This document shows positions 38,893 to 48,163 of a DNA stretch of 64,000 nt, piece after piece. Location of the stretch: contig OZ240219.1 in the NCBI GenBank assembly GCA_965197645.1, forward strand, positions 3,147,321 to 3,211,320. Reading direction: 5' to 3'. Numbering within the stretch: the stretch's first letter is position 1; each line of letters begins with the position of its first letter. Source of the DNA: Dehalococcoidia bacterium (GTDB lineage: Bacteria; Chloroflexota; Dehalococcoidia; Plut-88900). Position numbers and translations under genes: made by a program. The notes under the pieces are model-generated. The model was not told where the DNA came from. It made no database searches and worked only from the letters and a program-made list of their open reading frames with translations.

Positions 38893-39597
38893 TTAGACTA
38901 CTCGCTTTTGCATTCTGGCCTCACGAGAGCCGACGGAGCAGTCCCGTAACAGAGGACAGCTGGGGCAGTCGGGCTTATTGGGGCGGCAGTAGGCCGACCC
39001 TATGTCGATGAGGCCCAAGTTGAACTCGCGTGCATGGCGGCGGGGGAGAAGTCCATTGGCGAACTCCGCAAGGCGAGTGTCGGAATATGCCGGACCGGCG
39101 CTAGGAAAGCCCAGTACACGCCGCAGAACACGCCCCGATCCTTCGTCAATCATCGGTAGGGGATGATTGAAAGCCATGCACAAAGTCGCTCGGGCACTGT
39201 ACCTCCCGATACCCGGGAGCGATTGCAGTTCCCCTAGGTCTTCTGGCACTTGTCCCCCGTAGTCTCGCAGCAAGCGGCGCGCGCACTCGACCAGTCTGTC
39301 AGCACGTAGGACGAGACCGAGAGGTCTAAACCACCAACGCAGAGCTTCGACATCGGTCGCTGCCAGTGAGGCAGGGTCAGGGTATGTGGTAACGAGATGG
39401 GTGTAAGGGCTGACCACCCTGGCTGCCTGGGTCTGCCGAAGCAAGACCTCTGCTATCAAAATGTGGAACGGGTTCCTAGTGTCCCGCCAAGGGAACTCTC
39501 GCCCATTGCTACGGAACCAACTCACGACAGAGGCTGCGAGCTCTTTGCTGCTCCCCAGAGCTCTGTCTCTGTTCGGCTGTCGTTCTGCTTGAATCAC
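38893..39597 (-). CDS. HhH-GPD DNA glycosylase with 4Fe-4S loop (MIG/short MutY-like)
   Basis: GREFPWR, AEVLLRQT, LPGIGRYSA, MID, CRPNKPDCPSCPLLRDC; no MutY C-terminal domain. Confidence 0.85.
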   Translation of the reverse strand: MIQAERQPNRDRALGSSKELAASVVSWFRSNGREFPWRDTRNPFHILIAEVLLRQTQAARVVSPYTHLVTTYPDPASLAATDVEALRWWFRPLGLVLRADRLVECARRLLRDYGGQVPEDLGELQSLPGIGRYSARATLCMAFNHPLPMIDEGSGRVLRRVLGFPSAGPAYSDTRLAEFANGLLPRRHAREFNLGLIDIGSAYCRPNKPDCPSCPLLRDCSVGSREARMQKRVV

Positions 39598-39600
39598 CGC

Positions 39601-40587
39601 TCACCTACTCACTGAAATGGGGACAGCGCACCATGGACGCAACCACGCATCTAGCTCCGTCGCCGTGACTCTCGGCGCTGTTGAGAGGTCCACCTTGTAA
39701 CGGGTCTCTGTTACTCCTGGAGGCTCTGGTACCCGAAAGTGCGGGATATCCATCGAACGGAACCAGGCGAGGTTCTGCTCTGCTTCAGCAGCATCGATTA
39801 CTGGACCAGGCTCTGCTGATGACTCCATGCCAGCCTGGCGCACTGCTTTCTCAAGCTTCAGGTAGTCAGGCGTTCCGAGCAGAGCATTCCTACATTCGTC
39901 GATCAACTGCCGTAAGCTGAGGCCAGAGTCATCCTCGGTCGCAACTATCGATGCAACAACTATCTCTTCGCCTTCAGTGGCAAATATCTGCCTGTGGGAG
40001 AAGTGGTGCATGCGCTCTGGTCGCGTCGTGACCTTGACCTCGACTCGATTGCGGCCACAAGAGAAGTCGAATCGCCTCTCAACTTCGCTGTGCCAGAAGG
40101 GGGCCCAGAATCGAAAACCCTGCACACGGCTCATCATGAACAGCTCACCCCATAGGCCGCGTCTCTCCGCCTGGAGGTCTTTGGCTGGCGTGACAGCGAA
40201 TAGGCGGACCATAGAGCGGAAGAACGAAGTTAGAGCATGCCGGTCTACCCTTCCCGCCTCATGGCGCGCCAAGAATGCCTCCGCGAGCAAGAGAAAGGTC
40301 TCCACATCCGCCGAGTCCGATGTCTCACAGCGTAGAGCGTGCAGCAGCTCAACCCTCGGGGAGTCGTACATGCCGGCCAGGCTGTAGCTCTGCCCAATGT
40401 GGAGAGAGAGCTTGTTAGTGCGCAGCGGGGGCTCTTGAGCTCCCGCTTCAGCCACAACAAAGAGGACGGGGTAACCGGTAATATCAATCCCAAGGAGGAC
40501 TCCGTAGCTTCCCGGTACGGGAGCAACAGTAAATGCGTGGCCAGATGGCCTGTCCCTAAGCTCTGATAGAAGGGCGGCGAGCCTCAT
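39601..40587 (-). CDS. PD-(D/E)XK protein, DUF4420-like
   Basis: RGLWGEL...W......RFDF.....VEVKVT; ATGA-coupled to the Z1 gene. Confidence 0.85.
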   Translation of the reverse strand: MRLAALLSELRDRPSGHAFTVAPVPGSYGVLLGIDITGYPVLFVVAEAGAQEPPLRTNKLSLHIGQSYSLAGMYDSPRVELLHALRCETSDSADVETFLLLAEAFLARHEAGRVDRHALTSFFRSMVRLFAVTPAKDLQAERRGLWGELFMMSRVQGFRFWAPFWHSEVERRFDFSCGRNRVEVKVTTRPERMHHFSHRQIFATEGEEIVVASIVATEDDSGLSLRQLIDECRNALLGTPDYLKLEKAVRQAGMESSAEPGPVIDAAEAEQNLAWFRSMDIPHFRVPEPPGVTETRYKVDLSTAPRVTATELDAWLRPWCAVPISVSR

Positions 40588-42734
40588 AGGTTGTCATCCC
40601 GGACTACATATCTGAGGTCGAAGCGCGGATCCTCGCTCGGCACAAAAAGGCCGAGCGCTGTGGTCTCTACCGGATCGGATAGTCCATCCCCGCTAACTCG
40701 AATCACGTGCACCTGGAGCTGGACACGACCCTCGTGGATGTTCTCGTCGCCGGGATAGAACCTGGGATCGGGGGGATCCCTGCCCGGGGTGCGACCCTGC
40801 ATGGGGTTCACGCGACCTTGCCGCTTGGTTCTCTCTCGTGTTCGACCTCCCGTCATATATACAAGGTCCATAGATGGGAGCACCCCTGCAAGCAGCAATC
40901 GTGCCAGGTACTCACTTGTATAGGATGCGTCCCAGTCGGTCCCCTCTGCTTCGATTTTGGCTAGCAGCCCTGCTATGACCTCTTCAGTCGAACAGTCCTC
41001 AGCAACAAGGTGCTCGACGTTCCCAAAGCGCTTGAGAGACGTCTCCTCTCGCTGGGCAAAGAAAGTCCTCACTGATTGGAGATTGCGTGCAGCGACGACC
41101 TCATCCTCTACGAGGCGGTTCTGTATGTCCCAGCCTCCGCCTCTGAATCGCCGATAGCTAGCTACATTCGACCTGGTTGGCTTTAGGCCCATGTTCATAT
41201 CCAGCGAGAGCATGCGAGGCCACTCCCGAATGGATAGTCGTTGCCGCTGGTTTCGGCGAAGCGCCTCCCAAAAGTCGTCCTCATGCCTCAAGAGCTCTGT
41301 GTAGTCGTCTCGAAGCTGCGAGGTTACGAATATGCGACAGACATCAAGGTAGTCATTCTTGTAGCCGAACCATCGAGCTCGCTGCTCCATGGTGTCGGCA
41401 TTTGTCTCGTTCTTCGCCCGGCGAGTGATGTACGTGACCGCTAATCCCTCAATTGTGACTCCTCGGCCAAGCATGTTGCCGCCGACGAGGATGTTGTTCT
41501 TTAGCCTGAAGGGTGTCCCAATGGGGTCGCGGCCCAAGGGTAGGCTATTGACCATCCACACCTCGACGAGCCAAACCTCGTCACGCAACTGCTCGAGCAC
41601 CTCTTCCCAAGCAGGGGGATCTTGTACCGTGGAGCACAGATCGTCATAGGCCGCCCGCATGAGAGATATCAGCTCATGTCTAGCGGGATCGTCGTCCGAA
41701 AGGCTGAGACTCTCACGCCAAAGCCCAATGAGATTGCGGACAGCTGTCTGGAGTCTCTCGTGGTCGGCACGTAGGTTGCTGTTGTGAATGAGCATCGAAT
41801 GCCATGCATTGGACTCGCGTCGGTGTCGAATAGCGCCGCCGACAAGGAAGGTCGCGATGGCCTGCCTGAGGCCATCGGGGATTCCCCAGACGTGCTCGTC
41901 TTCAGCCTCTGCCAAGGGCACGGGCCTCACATATCGATCGCGATCTGACCCGAAGAAAGTGGCTCCGCCACAGTATCCGTGTCCCGGCTCAACGAGAACC
42001 CCAAAATCAGGTGAGAGGCCATCGATCCCAGATATGAGAAGGTTCGCTTGAGGAGTTGCTGTGTACGCCACATAGGCGTGGACGCGAAGAGCAGCCCTTA
42101 GCCTAAGGATGCTCTCATAGATAGCAGATCGTCTCCCGCGGCGGAACTGGGTGTTGAGGGACGCTTCGTCCCCCTCATCATCGATGATGAGGGTTGGGAA
42201 GCCACTGAGCTCGGAGGTGGCTAGGACCCGCCTTGCATCTTCAAGCCGCTTGCGGTTTTTCAGCACTACGATCAATGCGTGCCCACCACCATGAAGCACG
42301 CTTCTAATGACCTCAGCGTCTTGGGGGATTGGGTTCCTGAAGGGCGTTAGATTCGGGCGCCTAGCTTCCAGGTCGTTGTACAGCCGGGTGTAGTTCTGCT
42401 CCAAGAGGGGGTTCTTCGTACCAGCCAGCACTACCGTTATACGGTACCCGTTGTCTATGGCCAGGGCGATTAGAGATGTGTAGGAGAGGGTTTTGCCACT
42501 CTGGACCTTGCCAAGCGCAAGTCCAGTGACTCTCCTATCGTTGTCCGCTGGAGTTGGGCACCGACCAAGAATTGATGCGGCAGTCTCTACAACATCGTCC
42601 CACTCGTCGTCGCCGACACGCTCCTGATACCTGCTCCTCAGGCGTTGAATCTCTTCACCATCGATAGATGGCCCCCAAAGATCCGTTGCCGTCGACAAGG
42701 GATCAATACCGATAGTCATGCTAGGCTCGACCAT
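40584..42734 (-). CDS. Z1 domain-containing SF2 helicase-like protein
   Basis: GKVQSGKT, IIDDEGDEASLNT, YTATPQAN, HSMLIH, GGNMLGRGVTIEGL, DTMEQRARWFGYK. Confidence 0.9.
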   Translation of the reverse strand: MVEPSMTIGIDPLSTATDLWGPSIDGEEIQRLRSRYQERVGDDEWDDVVETAASILGRCPTPADNDRRVTGLALGKVQSGKTLSYTSLIALAIDNGYRITVVLAGTKNPLLEQNYTRLYNDLEARRPNLTPFRNPIPQDAEVIRSVLHGGGHALIVVLKNRKRLEDARRVLATSELSGFPTLIIDDEGDEASLNTQFRRGRRSAIYESILRLRAALRVHAYVAYTATPQANLLISGIDGLSPDFGVLVEPGHGYCGGATFFGSDRDRYVRPVPLAEAEDEHVWGIPDGLRQAIATFLVGGAIRHRRESNAWHSMLIHNSNLRADHERLQTAVRNLIGLWRESLSLSDDDPARHELISLMRAAYDDLCSTVQDPPAWEEVLEQLRDEVWLVEVWMVNSLPLGRDPIGTPFRLKNNILVGGNMLGRGVTIEGLAVTYITRRAKNETNADTMEQRARWFGYKNDYLDVCRIFVTSQLRDDYTELLRHEDDFWEALRRNQRQRLSIREWPRMLSLDMNMGLKPTRSNVASYRRFRGGGWDIQNRLVEDEVVAARNLQSVRTFFAQREETSLKRFGNVEHLVAEDCSTEEVIAGLLAKIEAEGTDWDASYTSEYLARLLLAGVLPSMDLVYMTGGRTRERTKRQGRVNPMQGRTPGRDPPDPRFYPGDENIHEGRVQLQVHVIRVSGDGLSDPVETTALGLFVPSEDPRFDLRYVVRDDNL

Positions 42735-44292
42735 ACTCGACCTCGATCTCGCCAGCCCGCCTGAGTACCTTGTTCATGTACATGCGAAAGTCGCTTGGGC
42801 TTACAAGTCCATTGGAAGAGATCTGAAGAGCCATGCGCTCGGCCAAGGCTAAGGACAGGACAAACTTCTGAAGCAAGGCAAGTGAGTCCCTGTTTTCTAG
42901 GTAGGGTGCTAGAAAGGGATGGGCAGTGTTTAGGAAGACATCAATCTCGTTCTCACGCGGGACGCTTAGCTGCATCCAGTGGGCGTCACTTAGCTGGTCT
43001 TGCCAGTGAAGCCTGAATAGCCAGACCTCCGCGCCGACCTCAAGACGATACGAGACAGGACCACTGCTGGCAGCTCGAATCAGCTCGGTGTCGGCGCGCT
43101 CCGTCTCCGCGGACTTCGGAGGATCAGGCAGTCTGATCTCCTCGTGAACTGCGTTGCCGAACCTCTGGTCGGAGAAGACCTGCCTAAGGGGCTCCGACAC
43201 AACCTCCATGACCGGCTGGGTGATGGGCTTGCCGCGCTCTCGGTAGCCCTCGGCTTTGTCCATGTAGTCTTGGCAGACTCGCTTCAGTTGCTCAATGAAA
43301 TCATCCTCCAGCCCACCGGACCAGTCGAAGGCATCCTTCGCTTGCGTTACCGGCCAAGCATCCATCTTGATCTCACCGACAAGACGCTGAGAGCGAAAGG
43401 TATTGCCCTGGCCGAAAATCTCGGCCGGCTTGTAGCCTTCCCCCGGCCCCCCCACGATGACCCGTCCGCGCCTTAGCAAGGCGAACCCCGCATCCCGCTG
43501 GCTTCCAGGCGTTCGCACTCCAACCCAGCCGTTGGCGCGAAGTGTCGTTCCTTCAGACTCCCACGGCACATCAATGGTGAAGCTCTTTCTCCAAACGTTA
43601 TTGACCCCGCCTGGCAAGTCCTCTTCAAGGAAGCTGGGCTCCTGAAATGTGATGGGCTCGCCATTCCAGAGAATCTGGATCTCTCCTGAGCGAAGGTCCT
43701 CTCGGTACATGCTGCCAAGCTGGTCCTTCACTCGGCCTTGCGTTCTTCCCCGGATTGGCTTGTAGAGTCCCTCGATCGTGATAGACGTGTAGTGGGTCTC
43801 CGGCGCGGAATGTCCCACCTCGACGGCAATGCTGTCCATATGACTGTCCACAAGCTCTGGTACGTGTACACGGGCCGTGTACTCACTGGCAGAGCCGAGC
43901 TTACTGCTTCGAATCGTCCAGGTTGTACCGAACCAGCAAGCTGCCGTCTTGAGCCCCATGCCGAACTCGCAGCGCCCTGTGGGATCTGGGGGTGGCCTAT
44001 CAAGCACAACCGCCCTGGTGAGCTCCTCCATCTCCATTCCATGCGCGTTGTCGACTATCGTCAGCGCATTTCTATCGCTGTCATAGGCGACCTCGACTCG
44101 TAAGCTGCCGGGGCCTCCTTCGAGCTTGTATCCTCCAATCAGCTCCGCTCGATGGTCGTAGTAGCTCTGCGTAGAGTTGTCTACGAACTCGGCAATGGCG
44201 TACCACGGCTGATAGCTCAGTCGCCTGTAGGTAGCGTAAACGCTTACGGCTGGTCGAATGTCTATTGTTAGCTGGCCCTCAGAAGCAACCAT
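42721..44292 (-). CDS. MORC/MutL-like GHKL ATPase
   Basis: AIAEFVDNS, DNAHGM, EFGMGLKTAA, QRLVGEI; GAGGAGG RBS before ATG at 44292. Confidence 0.9.
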   Translation of the reverse strand: MVASEGQLTIDIRPAVSVYATYRRLSYQPWYAIAEFVDNSTQSYYDHRAELIGGYKLEGGPGSLRVEVAYDSDRNALTIVDNAHGMEMEELTRAVVLDRPPPDPTGRCEFGMGLKTAACWFGTTWTIRSSKLGSASEYTARVHVPELVDSHMDSIAVEVGHSAPETHYTSITIEGLYKPIRGRTQGRVKDQLGSMYREDLRSGEIQILWNGEPITFQEPSFLEEDLPGGVNNVWRKSFTIDVPWESEGTTLRANGWVGVRTPGSQRDAGFALLRRGRVIVGGPGEGYKPAEIFGQGNTFRSQRLVGEIKMDAWPVTQAKDAFDWSGGLEDDFIEQLKRVCQDYMDKAEGYRERGKPITQPVMEVVSEPLRQVFSDQRFGNAVHEEIRLPDPPKSAETERADTELIRAASSGPVSYRLEVGAEVWLFRLHWQDQLSDAHWMQLSVPRENEIDVFLNTAHPFLAPYLENRDSLALLQKFVLSLALAERMALQISSNGLVSPSDFRMYMNKVLRRAGEIEVEYGRA

Positions 44293-44302
44293 CCGACCTC
44301 CT

Positions 44303-45667
44303 CTAGCCGGCGCTGACAGCGACAGGGCTTTGAGCGCTTCCCTTACTGGATTCTTCAACGCGCAGAAGTCTCCTGGTGATCTCATACACAACGTCTACGT
44401 GTACCGCGTTCCCGAGTGCCTTGAACGTCGCCGTCCTGGATTCAGGAACACACAGGTCATCGTCGAAGCCCTGCAGCCGGAGCCCTTCGACCCTGGACAG
44501 ATGTCGCTGCTCAGGTCCGAGGATTGGAATCTGTGTGCTTGTCATTGCGACGAGCGACGGGCAGCTTCGGTATCTCTTGACGCGCAGTCCAGAGGGCCTG
44601 AACTGCAGAATGTGGTTCCACAGGTTCCTTTCCTCGCCCTGACAGTTCCACTCAAGCTTGCGGAGAGATGGAGGGAACGTACGAAGGCTAGCCAGCCACT
44701 GTTGGGGGAGAGCATTCCGAATCGATGTATACCAGTCACGATTCGACCTGATGAAACGAACCTTCCAATCCGGGAACTCCACAGCCTCAGTCCGTGCGTA
44801 CCTCGGTAAGGCCTCGAAGCTTACTCGGGACGAGACCCTCCCATTCTTGCTATCCGTCTGGCCAACTGTCGCAGCGAGCAGTTGAGCCCAAGGAGTAGTC
44901 CCTTCGTAGGCGTAACGTGCACCAAACTCATCCGCCCATATGGGAAATGACGGCAGGTCAACCTTCTCCTCCGGGAGAGCATTGAGGAAGGAGTTCCAGT
45001 GATCGATGCATCGCCGGTGCTGGTCTAAGATGAGTGTTTCGCTGTAGTCGGACTGGGACAGGTCGTCCTTATGCTGCACGATGGCAGACATTGAGGTGAG
45101 TGCACTTCGGTTTCTCGGAGGGAAGGTCTCTTCGGGCAGGCCCTCACGAGAGGCTACTGCGAAGAAGCGCTCTCGGTGATGTGGAAACCCGAGATGGTGT
45201 GGGGAGAGCAGCCCTTCACCACCACTGGCTATATGCTCTGTTCCCTTGACGTCATAGCCGAGCCTTCGCAGGCTGGTCTTGACGATGCGCCACGTTTGAC
45301 CGTCGTCATGACGCTCGAAGTTTCCAACATTCTCTAGAATCACATACGTAGGCTTATGCGCCTCCAGGATCTCCAGAATCTCATGGAAGAGTGTCCCTGA
45401 AGTCTTGTCCTTCATTCCGACCTGAGTCCCTGACTTGGAGAATGGCTGACAAGGGAACCCGGCGCACAGTATGTCGTGAGGTGGTACATGGTCCTTGGCT
45501 TGTCTAATGTCTCCGAGGATCGCAGGTCCCTCGGGGAAGTTCCGGTTGTAGACTTGCTGAAGCTCGCTATCAACCTCAGAGGCAAAGACGCACTCGTGTC
45601 CGAGTTGCTCAAGTGCAAGACGGAATCCACCAAGACCTGCAAAGAGATCGACAAATCTCATTGCCAA
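44303..45667 (-). CDS. DNA (cytosine-5)-methyltransferase
   Basis: DLFAGLGG, AGFPCQPFS, LENV, PHHRER, LRLQGF, LGNAV (motifs I, IV, VI, VIII, IX, X). Confidence 0.96.
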   Translation of the reverse strand: MAMRFVDLFAGLGGFRLALEQLGHECVFASEVDSELQQVYNRNFPEGPAILGDIRQAKDHVPPHDILCAGFPCQPFSKSGTQVGMKDKTSGTLFHEILEILEAHKPTYVILENVGNFERHDDGQTWRIVKTSLRRLGYDVKGTEHIASGGEGLLSPHHLGFPHHRERFFAVASREGLPEETFPPRNRSALTSMSAIVQHKDDLSQSDYSETLILDQHRRCIDHWNSFLNALPEEKVDLPSFPIWADEFGARYAYEGTTPWAQLLAATVGQTDSKNGRVSSRVSFEALPRYARTEAVEFPDWKVRFIRSNRDWYTSIRNALPQQWLASLRTFPPSLRKLEWNCQGEERNLWNHILQFRPSGLRVKRYRSCPSLVAMTSTQIPILGPEQRHLSRVEGLRLQGFDDDLCVPESRTATFKALGNAVHVDVVYEITRRLLRVEESSKGSAQSPVAVSAG

Positions 45668-45739
45668 CGCCCTAGTGTGGAGTAGACGTCTGAAAGCAGC
45701 CCTTTCATATGGTCCTCTTCACTACTGCAACCGTATCGC

Positions 45740-45901
45740 TCAAGAAGTCTCGGCCTGGCCCTTGTAGAAGGCGAGAATCTCATTGAGCTTCTGACCGATT
45801 GTCTTTCCTTCAAGTGCGGCCTGGGCCTTGAGCCACCGCCAAAGATGTTGATCCACCCCGCGGATGTTGGTCGGTCCGGCGGAGGTACGCTGAGAGATCA
45901 C
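45740..45901 (-). CDS. 53-aa ribbon-helix-helix-like regulator (absent from the ORF track)
   Basis: GAGG RBS + GTG; MISQRTSAGPTNIRGVDQHLWRWLKAQAALEGKTIGQKLNEILAFYKGQAETS fits the RHH pattern. Confidence 0.7.
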   Translation of the reverse strand: MISQRTSAGPTNIRGVDQHLWRWLKAQAALEGKTIGQKLNEILAFYKGQAETS

Positions 45902-45921
45902 TGAGACACCTCGTTCCTTCT

Positions 45922-45975
45922 TGTCATGACAGGTGCGAGCTTATCAAATGTATTGTTTGTAGTGCACACTGTCAA
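45922..45975 (-). promoter_or_regulatory. Promoter and palindromic operator of the defence operon
   Basis: Minus strand TTGACA-17 bp-TACATT; perfect palindrome TGTCATGACA at 45922-45931. Confidence 0.6.
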
Positions 45976-46151
45976 TAGAAGGAGAGCAGTAGAAAGTACA
46001 CGTAGAGAGGTTCAGCATGAAGCGCCTAGGCGGTCTGCGCTGACAGTAGAGACATCTGCCCTGTCCCGCGCTGCCTTTGTCCAGGGGGTCGGGCTTCGAG
46101 TGCCTTAAATGGTGGGGGCAAACCTTAAGAGCTTGCGAGTCTGGAGGAGCC

Positions 46152-46763
46152 CTACTCTATCGGTGCAGCTTGACCTCCCAGCGAAAAGTTCGCAGTTCGG
46201 TATGCCCCTGCCCACCAGTCGGCGCAGTAACTGCGGGATATCCCAGCCTCGATTAGAGGGTAGCGGTTCGTCATCCACCGGTCGCGGGAGGTCCTCATGC
46301 GTATGGCCTCGTCGGTAGAGATGCCGAGCCACAGTTCGACGGTGGTTCCGGCGGGGACGCGCTGCCTCGGCCTGAGTCCCAGCATCTCCCGAATCCTGCG
46401 TCGTATGGGCCTGATCTTGTAGTTGTCGGTGCATTGGCGCCTGCCGATGCCGTCGCCCTCCCCGTCGCCTCCCTTCAGGTAGACGGGTATGTCCACGTAG
46501 TTTCGGGAGCCCGAGTGGTTGGTGAGGGCCTTCACGTCCTCGCGGAGACTGCGCCCGTTGTCCACGACGTGCAGGGGAAAGCTCAGCCGGTCTTTCAACC
46601 ACGCCAGGTGCTCGTAGATGCTGGGGGGCTCCCACCGGGTGTCGGCGAAGATGGCGCAGTCGGGAACGCGGTCGAATGCCCCCTCGTTTGCCATGAGCGC
46701 CATGACCGAGGACGGGACGCCCCCGCCCAGGCTGATGACGGTGAGGGTAGGCTGGGGACGCAT
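46152..46763 (-). pseudogene. 3'-truncated PAPS-reductase-like (PP-loop) gene
   Basis: ISLGGGVPSS, IFADT.WEP, RQCT..YKI.PI, GISTDE..RM, RYPLI; ends before the expected Cys-rich C-terminus, where composition shifts. Confidence 0.65.
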
Positions 46764-46981
46764 CAGCCCTGCTCCTCGGCGTGGCCTTCAGCCCGCGCGG
46801 CGGCGTCCCGCACCGGCTCGGACTGCCTGTCCCTGGCGGCGTGCTTGATCATCATGGTGATGATGCGGCGCAGGCGGTCCCGGGCGTCGGGTGCGGGCCT
46901 GGAAGAGACCGTGATGACGCCTATCTCAAAGGCGCCGCCGCGGGGCTTCCTCCGTCCGTTCTGTTTCTTCTCATTCTTCAT
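46763..46981 (-). CDS. Small hypothetical protein
   Basis: Stop coupled to the next ATG; PAPDARDRLRRI motif. Confidence 0.55.
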   Translation of the reverse strand: MKNEKKQNGRRKPRGGAFEIGVITVSSRPAPDARDRLRRIITMMIKHAARDRQSEPVRDAAARAEGHAEEQG

Positions 46982-47165
46982 ATAGGTCTATTCCATCGGC
47001 CATATCGCGGGGCGCACGAGGCCCCTGCGCTCACCCCATCGTCTTTGTCGGAAGCCGCCGGTCTATCGCGTTCTCCTGATGTCGGTCGTGCTCCCTTCGC
47101 ACCTCGGTGCGAGCGTTCTTGAAGCCTGGAGCTGTCCTGTCCGGGGGCCGCGTAGGCCCCCGCGT

Positions 47166-47468
47166 CTATCCGGCCCGGACGCCTTCCGCCGGACCGCTGA
47201 CGGGCACCTTTATGACCCTTATGGGTGGAAGCAGGTGTCCGAGTCCCCTGCTCTCGGCCAGGTCCTGAATGGCGAGGAGATAGTCGGTGCTGGGTCTGAT
47301 CCCCGCGTTTCGCCATCGCCACAGGGTGGCGGTGGTGGTGCCCAGCAGCCAGGCGATCTCGTCCCAGGTCATCCCTAAAGCCTCCTTGAAGCGCTCCAGG
47401 GCCTGGGGGAAGTCGTCGGGGAAGACATCGGGACGGACGCTCCCGTTATGTGTGCTCTGGCAGGTCAT
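47166..47468 (-). CDS. XRE-like HTH protein
   Basis: FPDDFPQALERFKEALGMTWDEIAWLLG...LWRWR...RPS. Confidence 0.8.
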   Translation of the reverse strand: MTCQSTHNGSVRPDVFPDDFPQALERFKEALGMTWDEIAWLLGTTTATLWRWRNAGIRPSTDYLLAIQDLAESRGLGHLLPPIRVIKVPVSGPAEGVRAG

Positions 47469-47475
47469 GAGGGTG

Positions 47476-47838
47476 TCAGTCCTGCTGGTCGTCCTGGTCG
47501 TGCCGGTCGTGCCGGTCCTCCCAGTCCTGCCAGAGGTACATCTGGAACCCGTCCCCCATGAGGATGTCGAGGCCCCCCGGTATGAGGGCCGCGAGCTTCA
47601 CGAGGGCGTGGTAGCCGTCGCCGTCGGGCTTGACGCCCCTGCGCCACCTGTGGACGCGCTTCTTGTCGACGCCGAGGGCGTCGGCGAAGGCGTTCCAGGT
47701 GAGGCCGCTGGCCTCCCAGAGCCGTTCGAGGCGCTTGGGGAAGTCCTTGGGCAGGACGCCGCTCAGGTAGGGTGCGATGTGGCCGGCGATGACGATGCCG
47801 GCCACCTGTTTAAGGGTCTCCATCTTGCTCCTCCTCAT
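47476..47838 (-). CDS. XRE-like HTH protein (paralog of neighbour)
   Basis: LPKDFPKRLERLWEASGLTWNAFADALGV...HRWR.G.KP. Confidence 0.8.
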   Translation of the reverse strand: MRRSKMETLKQVAGIVIAGHIAPYLSGVLPKDFPKRLERLWEASGLTWNAFADALGVDKKRVHRWRRGVKPDGDGYHALVKLAALIPGGLDILMGDGFQMYLWQDWEDRHDRHDQDDQQD

Positions 47839-48097
47839 CGAGCTTGAAGAGCTCGTGAAAGTCCTCGAATCCGAGGGCCTTGAGCATCCTTCTGCGGATG
47901 CGTCCGGAGGGTGCGCGGCCTGCCGTGACCAGCTTGGACATATAGCCGGAGCTGATCCCTATCTCCTGGGCGAGCCAGTTCTGGGAGCGGTTCAGCAGCG
48001 CCAACCGCGCCCAGAGCGACCGGGCGTTGAGGCGCACTGTTGAGCGAGCGCCCCGCCTCCGGCGGCCTCTCGGTTCTTCGTTCCGTTCCGGTTCCAT
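47810..48097 (-). CDS. XRE-family HTH regulator
   Basis: SQNWLAQEIGISSGYMSKL..GRAPS; GGAGG RBS. Confidence 0.85.
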   Translation of the reverse strand: MEPERNEEPRGRRRRGARSTVRLNARSLWARLALLNRSQNWLAQEIGISSGYMSKLVTAGRAPSGRIRRRMLKALGFEDFHELFKLDEEEQDGDP

Positions 48098-48163
48098 GTG
48101 TTGAAGACCTCCTTTCGGTACTGGGCGGGAGCCGCCGCTGCACTCCCGTCCCGTACGGCGTGT

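Noticed and set aside
46152-46763. Phosphorothioate (Dnd/Ssp) system suggested by the PAPS-reductase-like and ParB-like genes
   Set aside because: The gene is truncated, belongs to the high-GC backbone, and no cysteine desulfurase or DndD/DndE/SspB/SspC partners are visible
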